A stretch of DNA of 63,934 nucleotides, the filler included, from Atractiella rhizophila (Eukaryota): assembly GCA_021432655.1 (NCBI GenBank). It is 7 parts of 7 records of this genome, joined end to end, with 100 filler letters (N's around TTAATTAATTAA, not from the genome) between each part and the next. Parts side by side here need not be neighbours in the genome. Positions count along the whole stretch, not along the records: positions 26,124 to 39,064 come from MU271994.1; positions 39,165 to 52,093 come from MU271996.1; 5 more parts are not named here. One strand, written 5' to 3'. Positions 38,702 through 52,193 of this stretch are shown one piece after another; positions within the stretch are counted from its first letter, which is position 1; each line of letters begins with the position of its first letter. A program made the position numbers and the translations under genes. The notes below the pieces were generated by a model. It searched no databases. It had not been told where the DNA came from and saw only the letters and a program-made list of their open reading frames with translations.

Positions 38702-39064
38702 TCATCGTCCCTCCTGTTCTCTGAGACCTGAATCGGCGCGCCGCTTCTTGTTCCCCTCCAATCCGGCAATACCAGGCTCAAGGGGCGGAGTGGCATCGAG
38801 AATGCTCCTCAAACTGGCTTCTGCACCTCTAGGGCTCGTCGGCGTGTTCCTCCCACTTCCGAACCCGTTCGAATTTCTTGAACCAGGTCTCGAAGCTCCG
38901 GTGTCGAACGTTGGACTGGCAACGCGGAAGAGCGCTTGAGCAGGAGAGAGCGTAGGAGGGGGAGAGGAAGCGCGGTGAGAAATCGAGCTGTGTTGTGGAG
39001 GGGGAGAGCTGGCTCGTCGAGCGAGTATTTGAGAGGCGGTAAGAGTCGGATCGAGCGTTGAAAC
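38702..39064 (-). CDS. C-terminal fragment of a Ser/Pro-rich protein
   Basis: Open frame from the gap edge: ..ILARRASSPPP..GNKKRRADSGLREQEGR*. Confidence 0.45.
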   Translation of the reverse strand, partial: VSTLDPTLTASQILARRASSPPPQHSSISHRASSPPPTLSPAQALFRVASPTFDTGASRPGSRNSNGFGSGRNTPTSPRGAEASLRSILDATPPLEPGIAGLEGNKKRRADSGLREQEGR

Positions 39065-39164
39065 NNNNNNNNNNNNNNNNNNNNNNNNNNNNNNNNNNNN
39101 NNNNNNNNTTAATTAATTAANNNNNNNNNNNNNNNNNNNNNNNNNNNNNNNNNNNNNNNNNNNN
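39065..39164. other. Artificial contig linker
   Basis: N..TTAATTAATTAA..N, 100 nt. Confidence 0.97.
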
Positions 39165-40227
39165 TTCACCAGCTCCATACCACTGCTGGATTTCTCGTTC
39201 TGCCTCTCCGGTGCCCGTCTTTAACATCCGTCGTCAAGCATCTACCATCCCATCATACATACCACGATTTATCTGCACGGAAAAAAGGTCTGTCGAGAGA
39301 TCGTCGAATCGAATAGAAGATTGAACAAAAGGGAAATTCGGTTGTTGTTTCCGACATAGAATCACCATCTTGAGGTTGCGACGTTTCCTCCGTCTCAGCC
39401 TCGGAATATTTTCAAGAACGAACAATTTTGTGTTGTGATGGAATATGGGTCGAAAGGTTTCCAAAGAAGAAAGATGAAGATTTTCTTCAAGAAAGTGAAA
39501 TGTGTCATATTGGTCTTCTTGCTGTGTTTCTGTCTCATATTTCCCCTCCCTTTCTCAAGCGTTTGCAAGGTTCATTGTAAATTTGGACATTCTTCCACTC
39601 CACCCACCCACACACTCCAAGGAATCGTTCTCCTTCCCCAGTCACACCATTCCGTCTAGACTGCTCTTTTTCTCATCATCCACCAATTTCGCTGTCATCT
39701 TTTGGTATTCATCCAGTCTATCAATTCGATGACGGGTGCGGTTGCTACTCGTGACTTACTTCTCTTCTCTCCAACGGTTAGGTTACTTTTGTAGGGTTTG
39801 ATTTGTGTTTTGGTACATAAATTTTCAACTTGCGATGTCACATATGAGGCTACGAGGAAGAATTTTTGACGTGCACGTGTTCATGTTTCGTTACGTTCTT
39901 TACTCGCTCCGTTTAATCGTTGTCATTTACATTCCTCTTTCTGATCCCTTCATTTTCTGATTTTGAACCATTCTTCCTTCATCGTATCATATGATGGATC
40001 AGAGAGATGAAATGCATCGCAGTTATATTATACTTGACTGCTCCCTGCTCAATTTCCCAAGATGTGCCTAGCTTGAACCCTCTCCGCCTCTTCGTCAGTG
40101 GACTTCGCGTAGTTTGTGATGATACCTTCAAGCAGCATAGATGCACGGGATAGGCTCGTAGAAAGGAGACAACGACCTTGCAATTTCATCAATCCGTCTA
40201 CATTCTCCGTCGAGACATTGACACTCA

Positions 40228-42884
40228 CTATTCGCTCTCACTAGCACTCGCCCAAGCTGCCTCCTCCAGCTCCCTCACTCTCGCTCTCAGCTTCTCCATC
40301 TCTTCGCGCATCCTCTTCATTCCAGGACCTTCAGGGCCCATCGGGATAGCTTGTGTTACTGCATTCGCACTTACTCCGGTTGGTGGAGTTGGGCGCTTTA
40401 TTGCGTTCGATGCCTTTATTGCGTTCGATGCCTTGAGTCGGGCGATCTCCTGGTCTTTCAAACTGGATCCAGAAACAGCTTCAAGGGTTAGCTGTGATTC
40501 AAGAACAGGAAGAAAGACTAGCCTGACAAGCTCTTGCAGTCGCGACACTTCCGCACTCTCTGCTACCTTTGCGAGCTCCAGGTCTTCCACCCTCTTCGCC
40601 AGCACTTTCACTTCCAATTCTCTTTTCTTGTCGTCCGTCCTGTCCAAGTGGAATGTAACTGTTAGATCAATGGTGAAATCAAACGGAAGGATTATTTACG
40701 CGACGACCAAAGCTGTCCTCATGAGGTTCAGACGTTCCTCATATTTTTCTGTCTTCTGAATCAACGTCGCATTCGTTTCCCTGAGCGCTTTCAGCTCGAA
40801 CAATTCCTTCCTAGCTTCCTCCAATTCCACATCACGTTCACTCTTCAACTTCGCCTTCATCTGTTCCTCCTCCCTCTTCCTCCTTCCCTCTTCATCCTCC
40901 GCCTTCCCAGTGAAAGAAGCTCTTGATCTCAAGGCCTCCAGCCACTCACCCATCCTCCTTCTCCTCCTCGCTCCTTCTTCCCTCTCTTTCTCAAGCTCCC
41001 GTCTCGCTCCCTCCTCCCTCTCCTTCAAAATCCGAATCCTCTGACTCAAAGATTGGAACTCGCTCTCGACTCCTCCCCTCTGCACAGCGCGGGAAGAGAC
41101 CTTAGATGAGTACCGTTGAGATTGCTGTTTGAGATAAAGCTCCAAGGTGAGAGTGGTCAGGAGAGACAGGTGAGCGTGCAAAAGTCGAGGGAGCGTGAGT
41201 GAGTGGATGGTCGGACGGGCTGGAGATGGAGATGGGGAAGGGGAAGGAGAAAAGGGAGATGGTGGACGGAGGGTGGACGGTGTCGTGGGCTCGTCGGTTG
41301 CGATCTCGATCGCGATGTGGTGTTGCTGTGAATCGTCGTCCTCGCTGCTCGAAGAGGGTTTTCGACGTGTAGACGGAGCAGAGAGCGTGGGAGAAAACGG
41401 CTGAAGGAGGGAAAGTGGCAAGTTGGTCAACTCCCCATATGCTTTCACCAAGTTGGCAATCAAAGCATCATACTTTTTCTCCCTCTTCTCATCTTCATCT
41501 CCCTCCGCAGGCTCACGGACAACCGCCTTTCCAGGATCTTCTTCCTCCTCTTCCTCTTCAGCAGATGACCACCTAACCTTCGCCCCCATCTCTCTCAACT
41601 GTTCCCCAATCCTGGGATCCCAATATCCCTCACACCTCGCCCTGATGTCTTCCACCTCCAAGCCCTTCCACCAGTCCTCAACCGCTTCGTCTTCTTCGTC
41701 TTCTTCATCCTCCTCCTCATCAGGATCTCTCGCCATGAGCGCCAAGTGGAACCTGTGCCTTTCGAGCAGGCGGAAGGAGCGAATACGAAAGGTGGCGGGA
41801 CGGTATGTTGATGGGATGGAGAGAGGTTTCTGGAGGTGGGAGGTGGGAGAGCGTAGGAATAGGATGAATGAGTTTGGGAAGAGGGAGTATAACAGGTTAA
41901 ACAGTCGTGTTGTTGGCGTCCAGAGCTCGGCTAGTTCAACAAAAGTTCAATAGAGCCCCCTAATCCATGAGTTCAACAGACCTGGGATCGTTGTTATCGA
42001 GGAGGAAGAAGATGAAGATTCGGACTCCGACCAGCTCATGGATAAGGTGAAGATGAAGAAGATGCGATTTAATTGAGAAGATGATTGGACGATTTCGACG
42101 GAATAAGGGATGAGGATGTTGAGAATAGATAGAATGATTCTAGCAGCACAGAGTCAATGACCACTTCAACCCTGTGAGAAGGAAATGAGATGTACGAGAT
42201 TTCTTGTATCCCCATCCCCTCCCGCTCACTGACATCTTTAAGTAAATCAATCAAACCCTCCACAGCCAACTGTTCTGCAACTTCATTTGGTCTCCGTACC
42301 AGGAAATCGAAGATGCTTTTCAAGATCTCGAGAACCGGAACTCCGTCTTCTTGTTCCCTCCCAAAAGCAGCCTTCACGTTCCTCAGAAAGCCAACTGGCT
42401 GTTCTCGTGCGACCAAATACGCCAGATTGTCGAGCCCGGCTTTGATCGTGGTAAAATAGACTGCCTCCGCTTCCTCCGCATAAGTGGCTAAGGAGAGTCT
42501 GAGCCAGTCCTGCCATATCTTCTCGTATACCTTCTCTTGGTTAGAAAGCGATAGAAACTCTTTCGCTTTTTCAACTTCTTCCTGTTGGAAAGCCTGAGAA
42601 AGTGTGAGAACATCCCTCAATAATGCCTCATAGAACTCTTGGGCCCGCTCATACAGTTTAAAGTGACAAATTCCATGCAACACCAACGTTTGGACTTGCT
42701 CGGTCGTTATCGTTTCGTCTGGAGTGAACTCGAGGAGAGAGAGGAAGACCTCGCCAAGCTGTTGCGTGCGTTGCTCATCCGTGAGAGAGGATAAGACGGG
42801 GTTGATGAGGCTGAAATCGTACTTCGTTGTGCCGTTTGATGAGCGGACAAGATCCACCAGTGCGTCCAGCAGCTTCACAGGCAT
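40228..42884 (-). CDS. TSC1: Hamartin (tuberous sclerosis 1) homologue
   Basis: Helical N-terminus; spliced exon RLFNLLYSLFPNSFILFLRSP resembles the hamartin LFxxLYGxYPxNFxxFLR motif; LLERHRFH; LELYLKQQ; long C-terminal coiled coil. Confidence 0.75.
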
Positions 42885-42988
42885 TTTCGTCTTTGGTCGC
42901 GCAAATGCGAACTTTATTGACTACCAGATTGAGTTTGCTGCGTTGTTTCTTGTCATCTTTTCCTCTTCCTGCTGCAGAAATCGCAATC

Positions 42989-43488
42989 NNNNNNNNNNNN
43001 NNNNNNNNNNNNNNNNNNNNNNNNNNNNNNNNNNNNNNNNNNNNNNNNNNNNNNNNNNNNNNNNNNNNNNNNNNNNNNNNNNNNNNNNNNNNNNNNNNNN
43101 NNNNNNNNNNNNNNNNNNNNNNNNNNNNNNNNNNNNNNNNNNNNNNNNNNNNNNNNNNNNNNNNNNNNNNNNNNNNNNNNNNNNNNNNNNNNNNNNNNNN
43201 NNNNNNNNNNNNNNNNNNNNNNNNNNNNNNNNNNNNNNNNNNNNNNNNNNNNNNNNNNNNNNNNNNNNNNNNNNNNNNNNNNNNNNNNNNNNNNNNNNNN
43301 NNNNNNNNNNNNNNNNNNNNNNNNNNNNNNNNNNNNNNNNNNNNNNNNNNNNNNNNNNNNNNNNNNNNNNNNNNNNNNNNNNNNNNNNNNNNNNNNNNNN
43401 NNNNNNNNNNNNNNNNNNNNNNNNNNNNNNNNNNNNNNNNNNNNNNNNNNNNNNNNNNNNNNNNNNNNNNNNNNNNNNNNNNNNNNNN
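42989..43488. other. 500-N scaffold gap
   Basis: Run of N without linker. Confidence 0.99.
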
Positions 43489-44189
43489 TCCTTCTTCTAT
43501 CCATTTCATCGGGTACGGCCAAGGAGGTACATTCGCCTCTCAGCTCCTGCAGACGTCCAAACAGCGCATTGCCTCATTCGTCTCCATCGAGTCTCCTCTG
43601 CTCTCCCTCCCATCCTCCTCCTCATCGAAAAACGAGACTCCTGTGTTGTTGGTTGGAAAGAAAAGTCGAGAGAAGGGATGGGAAAGATGGTGGCATCGCG
43701 CTTTCGAAAAGATTGGAAAGGAGTATTTGGAGGAGGACGGGAGTGACCTTGGGGAGAAGATGCCCAGAGGCAGGAAGGAGTGGGAGCCGATAATGCGGTT
43801 CGTTTCTTCTTACATTTCATCCTATCCGCCTCTGTTTGAAATTCATAATCTAAATCCGGTAAAGGTTCTGGGCAAAACACCTGCGTCGTGCAGAGGAAGA
43901 GAGGTGGAAGGACGATGCCTCAGTGATTGAAATCAAACCAGGAGAAACAAGTGTTGAAAGCATTCATGGAGCTGAACCGGGTTTGAACGCGCAGAGAGCG
44001 ATTTGGGATCTACCCATCACTGCCACGTCAACCTTCTCCACGCCAACAGTCACACCGATCAAAACAGCTTCTACTTCCACAGACCGGCCGACATCATCAT
44101 CCACAGCGACACCAGTCATCAAAGCGAAAGAGAAGAATCCTCCGCAAAAAGTTGAAGGGAAAGGCTTGAAGAGGGGTTTTCTGCTATGA
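43489..44189 (+). CDS. 3' part of a phospholipase/carboxylesterase-like alpha/beta hydrolase
   Basis: IHFIGYGQGG (nucleophile-elbow position has Gly, not Ser), TPVLLV, MPRGRKEWEPIMR|FWAKHL. Confidence 0.65.
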
Positions 44190-46203
44190 GATTATTCTCT
44201 GGTGGAATGGACGGCCGGGATCGGATGGGCACATGAGGTAATAATGAGTCCGCTTCGTTTCAAACGTGACAACTCTTCTTTCAAAGATGGAAGAGCACTC
44301 AAATGAAGGGAATAAGCGGCCAAAGCCTTTCAGGACTGAGTCCCGTCAGTATATGTCAATGTCAACGAGTGTGACTTTTGTTACTTGGAAGATTTGTGCA
44401 CGTTTGCTGCTACTATGTGATGGGCTAGCAGTCCTCCTTATACCAGTGCAGGAACAAGTCGTAGGTTGGAAACTGTTCATTTGGTTTGAAAATAGCCTCT
44501 TTTAAGAGATGACAGTCTAAATTGTAATACCCCAAAAATGCGTCAGAGTAGTTGCGTGATCGGTTTGAGACCAGTTCTCACCCCACATTGCTCTTGTCAT
44601 AGATGGAGAGTATCACGGCCCTTTCAAAATAAGCCTCAATGTTAAATCTAGGTGCTCAGCCTCTTTCCATCTGAAAGATGCAATTAATGAAAGAGTTCAA
44701 GATTCCGTGAGAACAAAGAGAAATCTTCACAGTGCAACCAATTCATTGGTTGTCACTCACTGACCGTCATCAGCGGAGCAGCTTACTTGCAACCCAGGGC
44801 TAATTGAAGTGGAGTGCGTGCTAGTGCAGGTACATTTGGTTCTCCTGAACGCGCACGTTACATAGTGTGCAGGATTGTATCAACGCGCTTTTAGCAACCA
44901 AATCAAGCAAACTTTGGGATTTCGTGATTGCCGTAATCACGCGATTGCTGATTTCGATTTCGACTCGTCTATTTGAGATTGTGAAGAGTGTCTGTGCGCA
45001 GATTTTGGTTTATTCGTGAGGTGGTCGTTCAGTCCAGCTAGGGCTGGCTCAGAATTGCTCTGGGAATGGAACACCTTGATGGTGGAGTGACCCGACCCAT
45101 TGCCATTTTTCCTTGGTGAACGCAAATAGCGGACAACAACGCCACCTCCCGCAGACTTTCTTTCATCCATGACCATTTTTTACCCTTAATAGATCTTAAT
45201 CTCCCGTGGCTCGCACACCGGCTGCGACAAGTCGCCTATCGTGTCTGAGAACCGACTGATGGAATGGCATTCTAGAGAGGTGGAAGGCGGAACGGTGCAG
45301 GAACAGGAACAGGAAGGAGAACGATCTCTAGGAGTATTTCTATTGTCTTTAGGCGTACTCTTCGCCTCGGCTCGCTAAAGCCGAACTCCTCCCAGCATCT
45401 TGAATCGAAACGATTTGAGAACTGTTCAACTGCAAAAACCCACTCGTCCATCGGCCTAGACCGGCTGACTCCGAGAATGTTCTCTGTCTTCCAGAAGGTT
45501 CAATTGTGTGCGCCAACTTGAATCTCCTCCTGAGTTTGCTGCGTGCCAGGACTCTATTACTCACTGTTGCCAATGCGGCAGTTAGGTGCTTGCGTCACAG
45601 GGCTCGGAAGCGACCGTGATCTCACCCGCGTTGCCACTGAAGCAGAATTGGAGATGAGCGCCACCCAAAAGAGGAGGTTGTGATTCAAAAGAGCTTCACT
45701 GAAACCTGAACTCGACCTGGAGGTTCAATCCAACTCTTCAAGACAGTTTCGGATCTGAGATATTGGTGCAATTGCACTTGGCAGAATGGGATCCTTGATG
45801 CCTGCTTGATGGCGCTTGAATTAGATGTGGAATATTTGAATTGCGAAAGCCGCTCCAACCGTTTGAGCTTCCACAATTTCTGAATTGAGGTGCCACGACA
45901 TCGCGTCAATTCTGAGATTGCGGAGATGGTTTTCAGCTCCTGCCTCATTTGAATCAAATAACCGGCTGTGGGTGCAAACCATAAGCGGTATCCCCTGGAG
46001 ATGGCATTGATACGCGTTCATTCTGCTGACGAAAGTTGAGATGTTCTCAATAAGGCTCCACGATGCGAACGACTGCCGACATGTGGTTGGAGAACACCTT
46101 GTTTCCCTGCTTTTCCCTGGTTTGCCTGCAAATGCTACTTAAGTGACCCGTTCCCGCGTCGAAAATCTGTCCACTCTTTTTTTTCCTCGTCGCCATCGCA
46201 AAC

Positions 46204-47883
46204 ATGAGCAGTGAGGCGCCCACTCAGACCTTCGTGGAGTGGAGGAGGGAGGACTACCGACTTCACATTTTGCCCGTTGTGCTTGGTGCCTCCTTGGGCT
46301 TCATCCTGTTTGGGATAACTCTGCATCAGTTCTTGCATGTCTTTAAAATCATGCACGAACGCGCGACTTGGTATTCGAGGTCGTGGTGGGTCCTGATGGT
46401 CCTGTTCTGGATCAATTTGGGAGACAGGTGTGTGTTCCCCTTCTGGTTTCCCCCACTGTTGACGTCGAGAGCAGTGTGAACAAACTCGTTCTTTTCGTCC
46501 GCTACATGCAGAGTGCTGCTCTCGATGGGCCACTCCTGTTTTACAAACCAGCTGATCGAACGATCAGTAAGTTTCTTGCTGGTCCACATTATCGTATGAC
46601 ACTCACATACACCTTCGACAGTTCCAGTTTCAATCTTTCAAGGTACTCTCACGGTGTACGTCCAACTGCTCTACACCTATCGCATCCTACGAATCGTTCG
46701 GTTTGTCACTTCTCTATCTCGAACATGGTATCCCTGGACGCTAATCATTGCTATCAAGGGGCATGGCCAAATTCAACCCGTCCCATCGCCGAACCAAGCT
46801 CGTTACATACGGGTACGACACTTCTCATTCTGGTTGAATCCGGACTAACAAGAGGCAAGGTGTCTATGTGTGAGCGGAGTCTTGATAATCGCTTCAGTAA
46901 GTATCCCTATACAGATAGATTTAAAGAAGAGGTGCTCACTGCAACAGGGCATCGGCTTCATCTTCTATGCTATTGGCGTGGCAAAACCAATTATCGACTA
47001 CTTCCCAGGTCTGTTTGCTCCAGGGATCGTAGGTCTGGGCTGTGAGTTCCGATCTCCATTCCTTGGGAATCATTTGACGCAGAGTTGGTAGGTGCGTCAT
47101 TGGTGGATGTGATTCTCTGCCTTTGCATGGTTTACCATCTCCAACAACACAAAACGAAATCCGATTTCGACAAGACCAACTTCATGGCTACAAAGGTCCG
47201 ATCCTTCTTAGTATTTGAGCTATCAGCTGACGAACTTCGCATGAATAGTTCATGTGAGGCTCTTGAGCTCCCAGAATGCGTCGTCACTCATCGAACATTA
47301 GCAAGCTAACTCTTGAAACTGGACTTGCACCCACACTAATCCAAGTAAGTCCACCGTCAGCGGACTGTCATAGAAGCTCATAGATATTAGGTCCTGGAAC
47401 TACTCTTCATTGTCCTCAAACCAGTTTGTCGTTCTCTCTTCATGTATGAAATGGCTGATGACAGCTTGAAGCGCTCGGGTTTGTGGGCAGGAGTTGGATA
47501 TTTCATTGGAAAGGTCCAGTCATTACCTCTGTGACAAGCTGTGGCTGATAGACAAATTCTTAGTTGTATGTGATCGCCGCACTCGTTCTCTACGAAGCCT
47601 CCTTCGCCACGAACATGTCGTCGATAAGTCACGAACGAGAGAAGAACATGCACTCTTCACGAGAACTCTCACGAGGTCAATTCCGCAACCAAATCCTTGT
47701 GTGTCTTTTACTCGTCCCCCACATTGACGCATGCTGAAAAAGCGAAAGGTTACCCAAATTTCTGTGCAGCAAGCCGATGCCATAGAACAGTCAGTACAGC
47801 TCGAAAATGTACATTCTCCCCGTTCATATCGTGAGAAAAAAGGAGAGGAGGCTCTTTCGAGTGTACAAAGCTATGGGGTCTGA
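46204..47883 (+). CDS. Multi-pass membrane protein, DUF6534-like basidiomycete family
   Basis: PVVLGASLGFILFGITLHQF, VQLLYTYRI, SLVDVILCLCMVYHL..KSDFDKTN, LTLETGLAPT; many introns. Confidence 0.65.
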
Positions 47884-48916
47884 GCTCTTAGATCTGACTT
47901 TTGGGATATTGTGGTTTGGTTTCTTCGATCTGCTTAATCTTAGTATTGTTACCGTCGTTTGTGTGCTGGCTGAGTTTGCCTGCTTTGGATCTCTGTGTGG
48001 AGCATGGTATTGTAGACTTTGGTAGACATTGCAACCGTGAACATCGTTCATCTTAGAACCTAAAGAAATTTGCCACTTCAGGTAGTTTCAGAGGTTTCTT
48101 TCGTACACTGCTCTGCTCGGTCCAATTCGACCAACTTGATATCATCCAGTTGTCGCCTGAAGAGATTCTGATGAAATAACGGAGCAGGTACTGACTGAAG
48201 AGTAGTCTACGAACGACTCAACGCATTTGTCGACTCGTCACTGGCAGAGGAAGGCAAACTGGTGATTGATGACCAGTTTTGCTCTCATTATGCTCTCTTT
48301 TCCCTGTCTTTGCAGGGTTTGTTTGCTACGCAATCTCTTTCGATCATTGCACCTCAGCTAATTCAGTAATCCATCAGAACAGTTGGTGCTCCCGAGGTTC
48401 CTGTTCACGGTGAATTCCAAAGGCGTCCAAACTCACCTTCCTTTTGTTGACTCAAGGCGACGGAATACAGCATCAACTTTCTCGTCCCGTTACAATCAAG
48501 GATGCACATGAAGGTACAACATTCAAGCTAACGGCTGGTTATCGTTGGTTACAAATCTATTCAAGTTGATTTGACATCTGAGCCATCCACCCATCTACCG
48601 ATGTTCCCGTGGTTACCTTTTTACCCTCTTTAACACATCACTGAAGATGGATGTACAAACGGGCCCGATAATTACTCCGTTTCAATGCGTTTTCGTTTCT
48701 CTACAAACGACAATCCACTCAAATCCTTCTCAACCTACTCAGCAACGTCTGCTTTCGTCTTCAGTTACGGTTCTGCAGCAGACAGCGTGGAACAAAGATT
48801 ATGAGGCTTTGTCCTAACACAGCGAATTCCGATTTGATGCCCATTAGTTCAAAAGAGGTCGTTGGGAAGGAGCGAAGATAGAACCGTCTGGACTAGGAGC
48901 TTGTTAGCTGTGGGCA

Positions 48917-51053
48917 ATGTCTCAGCTTACCAACGGGAGCATTCAATGCACTCGATGTGAAGTTCTTCTCTCAAAGACTGATGAAGACAACTCGGATGCC
49001 GCGCTAGTGTGCTCTATGTGTTCAACGGCAAGGTATGTCTTTCCCTCAAAGCTTGGAGCACCTTCCGCTGATATCATTCGACAGCTCGAATGTATCACCG
49101 CCGTATTCGGAAACGAAGAGTCTCAGCGATTTCACCGCACAGTCACGGCTTGCTGAAGATGAGGCAGTCAAAAGACTAAGATTTGAATTGGTCAACGGTC
49201 CGCTACCTTGCGTTAGATGGTGTTCGAGATATTTACTTCGCTTAGAATCACTATCCCGGACACCAGATCACCTTTTCAAGCACTTCTTCCCCAACTTGGC
49301 AACCCAATTTTGGAGTTGTGGACTCGATGCGAGCAAGCTGGGATCAAAGTATGGGGAGGTACATTGAATTTCATTATTCCCTCCTTTCACCTTAAGTGAT
49401 ACAACAGATCATTATCGCGACTCATTGTGCCAGAGGAGCAATGTCATCGCAACATCCTGTGATTCCTTCAATTTCTACAGAGGTTAAGATCTCAATCGGC
49501 TAGCATTAGGCAATCCTAGGCCTATCCAGCACGTCGCTGCCGAAAGTGCGGTCTTTGAGTGGCGATTTACGAGCATACGGACGAGCAAGAGACTCCCGCG
49601 TCAAATCGTTGCTGTATTTCGCTGTCGACCTTGTAAAACGGAGCGATATCTTGCATGTTCCAAGCGTCGATGGGTTGGTTGTTCTGGATGACTTGACACA
49701 ATACTTGCTCTGTAAGTTTCTTCGTCTTTCTTCAGTCTATCAAATCCCATTACTGATGATCGGTGAACAGGTGATTTTGATACTGCACAAGCGCAGTTGG
49801 CGAAACGGTTGTTGAAAATTCGACTGAAACATTTCCAGGAGCTCTCCAACGCTGGCGGATTGAAATCAAGTGATAAAAGTGTGCTAGCCCACGGCCTTTT
49901 CGTATGTACCCCTTCATCCTAATCTGTAGGCTAAAGTGTTTCAATCAGACAAGTGACGTGCAGATCAGCCACACACTGGATGAGCCACTGATTTTGTTTG
50001 TCAGATCCCTTTATTTCGAATGAAAGACTGAAAACTGGAAAGAGAAATTCGAGACATGATCTGGATGTTCGCGGGCACTGGAATCCCATTGAGCTACTAT
50101 CTCAATTCCGAGTCTTTGATCCGTCTCGACCCTTCCCAGCCGCATCATCACCTTGTGACAGAAGCATGCCACTTCGCACTGCAACGGGAGATTCTACTAC
50201 TTAGTGAGATCCGTACAAACCTTTACAAACAGGTACTGAGGTCGTTCTAGGGGAGATACTGAGAATGGTCAAAAGATCCGGGGAAGCAGAGGAAGTTCTT
50301 GCTAAAATGGAAGGGAAACGTGACAAAGCAGTGGAATGGTTTAACGTCCATTCCACTCGCATGTCAGCTCGCGTATCCCAGCCAATGCCAGAAGGTGAAT
50401 GGCATGGGTACGTCATAAGCTCTCTTGCTTGGGCTCCTTTTAAGCAGGCTTCAGCTCCCGATCTGTGTATCATGGCATTCTTCTAATCCAAGACTTTTTT
50501 GACATCGCTTCCGATACTCTCAAAATGAAGAATTCCTTTCCAACACCAGCGATACTTAAACGATGGCACAACACCGAAATGCAAGTTGCCAGAGAGTTCC
50601 ACGTCCTGGCTGGCTATATCAGGTCACACATCCAGGTCCGTCGCTCTCCTCATTCTGAACACATTCACCAATATCAAGCCTATCTCTACAGAACTCGCCG
50701 TGGCCAAACTCACCTACTCACATGATTCTCCTTGATGCCTGTAAGGCCCTTACGAACGTCCCTGGCGGGCGGCAGGCATTCTTTACAAAAATGATGGGAG
50801 CGGAGCGGGGGGCATTACCGCTGGAAGAAAGAATGGCAGATGTAGAAGTCTGCCTGGGAGGTGAGTGGACAGACACTGCTGCTGCCAGTCACTGAACTGT
50901 GGTACGATAGCAATGAAGACGCTTGGATTCTATAGCCAAACATATGGGCAATGGGCGACCGATGTTGAGAATGAGCTGAAGCAGGTTGCGCAGCGGCGGC
51001 AGACCGTATCAAACAATGGAAGGAGATCGCGCAAGCAAAGCGATCACGAGTAA
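48917..51053 (+). CDS. Putative fungal transcription factor-like protein (CxxC..CxxC N-terminus plus middle-homology-like region)
   Basis: CTRC..CSMC; RLAEDEAVKRLRFELV; AYGRARDSRVKSLL; multi-exon. Confidence 0.45.
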
Positions 51054-51223
51054 ACCAACAAGGAACGGGTCTTTGCGTAACTGTAGCTTTTAACTGCTAA
51101 CCTGTTCACCCCACTATCACTGGGAAAATCTGTACCGTTGCATTGAAGTTTATATCTTGGTTGCCCTTGCAATCCATCACCTCATTTTGATAAGCTAATC
51201 CTGCCTCACATATCAAGGTAATC

Positions 51224-52093
51224 TCATTCATCTTCCACACTCCTCATCTCTGCACCTCCTGCCTCTCCGAATTCATCCTCACTTTCATCTCCAGCTGGCG
51301 CCATTACGCCTTGCTGCTGAGATAACCTTCTCACGCTTCTAGGACTCTCTGGCGGACGTTCCGGCTCTTCCTCCAAAGTCATATTCTGTCCACTGTGTGG
51401 TGCAGGCGGTGGAGACGCTGGTGTAACTGGAGAGGGAGGGGCGGCGGGTAAAGATTCTTTTGTTGACTGAGATTGGACAGACGCCTGTGTAGTGCCTTGA
51501 GACTGAGTCGTGCCCTGAGATTGAGAACGAGGCAGCGTGACCGTGCTCTCGCTCGATCTATGTTGGGTCGCGTTGGCGTTTGCGACACTCTGTCTGGGTC
51601 CATGTTGCACTTGAGTTGGAGGGACAGATGCGTCGATATAATACGGAGCAATAGGTACCATCCTCCCTTCTCGCTCACATGCCAAAACCCAATCTGGTCT
51701 AACGACGGGAATTGACATCCGAACAGCCTTTTCGTATTCGACGACAGGTGTAGGTGGGGGGCCATTTGAATTCGGAAGCTCTGGAGGTGGACCTTGAGGC
51801 GAGGAGCAAACGAAATGGGTCGTGTCGATCTGGATACGGTCCGTGTAGCGCGCCTTGATGACTCCAAGCGAGTTGATGGTTTGCGTCAACAGTGGTGCTG
51901 GAGATATCGAGCCGAGAGTCGCCACAATGCCTGAGGTGTCTGTTATCGTGTGTGTCTTCACTTTGAGAGTTTGGGAGCTGTATGTCCCGCCCGTCGTCTT
52001 CAACACGAGGTGGAATGTGTATTCAGTATCGAGTGCCAGAGCCGAGAGTTTTGTGCTCGTGAGGACGAGGGGATTAGGAATAGTTGTAAGTCT
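51224..52093 (-). CDS. CHS5: Exomer subunit Chs5 (FN3 + BRCT), 3' part
   Basis: IPNPL..TSTKLSALALDTEYTFHLVLKTTGGTYSS, THTITDTSGI, IDTTHFVC, SIPVVRPDWVLACEREGRMV. Confidence 0.9.
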   Translation of the reverse strand, partial: RLTTIPNPLVLTSTKLSALALDTEYTFHLVLKTTGGTYSSQTLKVKTHTITDTSGIVATLGSISPAPLLTQTINSLGVIKARYTDRIQIDTTHFVCSSPQGPPPELPNSNGPPPTPVVEYEKAVRMSIPVVRPDWVLACEREGRMVPIAPYYIDASVPPTQVQHGPRQSVANANATQHRSSESTVTLPRSQSQGTTQSQGTTQASVQSQSTKESLPAAPPSPVTPASPPPAPHSGQNMTLEEEPERPPESPRSVRRLSQQQGVMAPAGDESEDEFGEAGGAEMRSVEDE

Positions 52094-52193
52094 NNNNNNN
52101 NNNNNNNNNNNNNNNNNNNNNNNNNNNNNNNNNNNNNTTAATTAATTAANNNNNNNNNNNNNNNNNNNNNNNNNNNNNNNNNNNNNNNNNNNN
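52094..52193. other. Artificial contig linker
   Basis: N..TTAATTAATTAA..N, 100 nt. Confidence 0.97.

Noticed and set aside
42724..43930. Long ORFs spanning the 500-N gap
   Set aside because: Their length comes from N codons.
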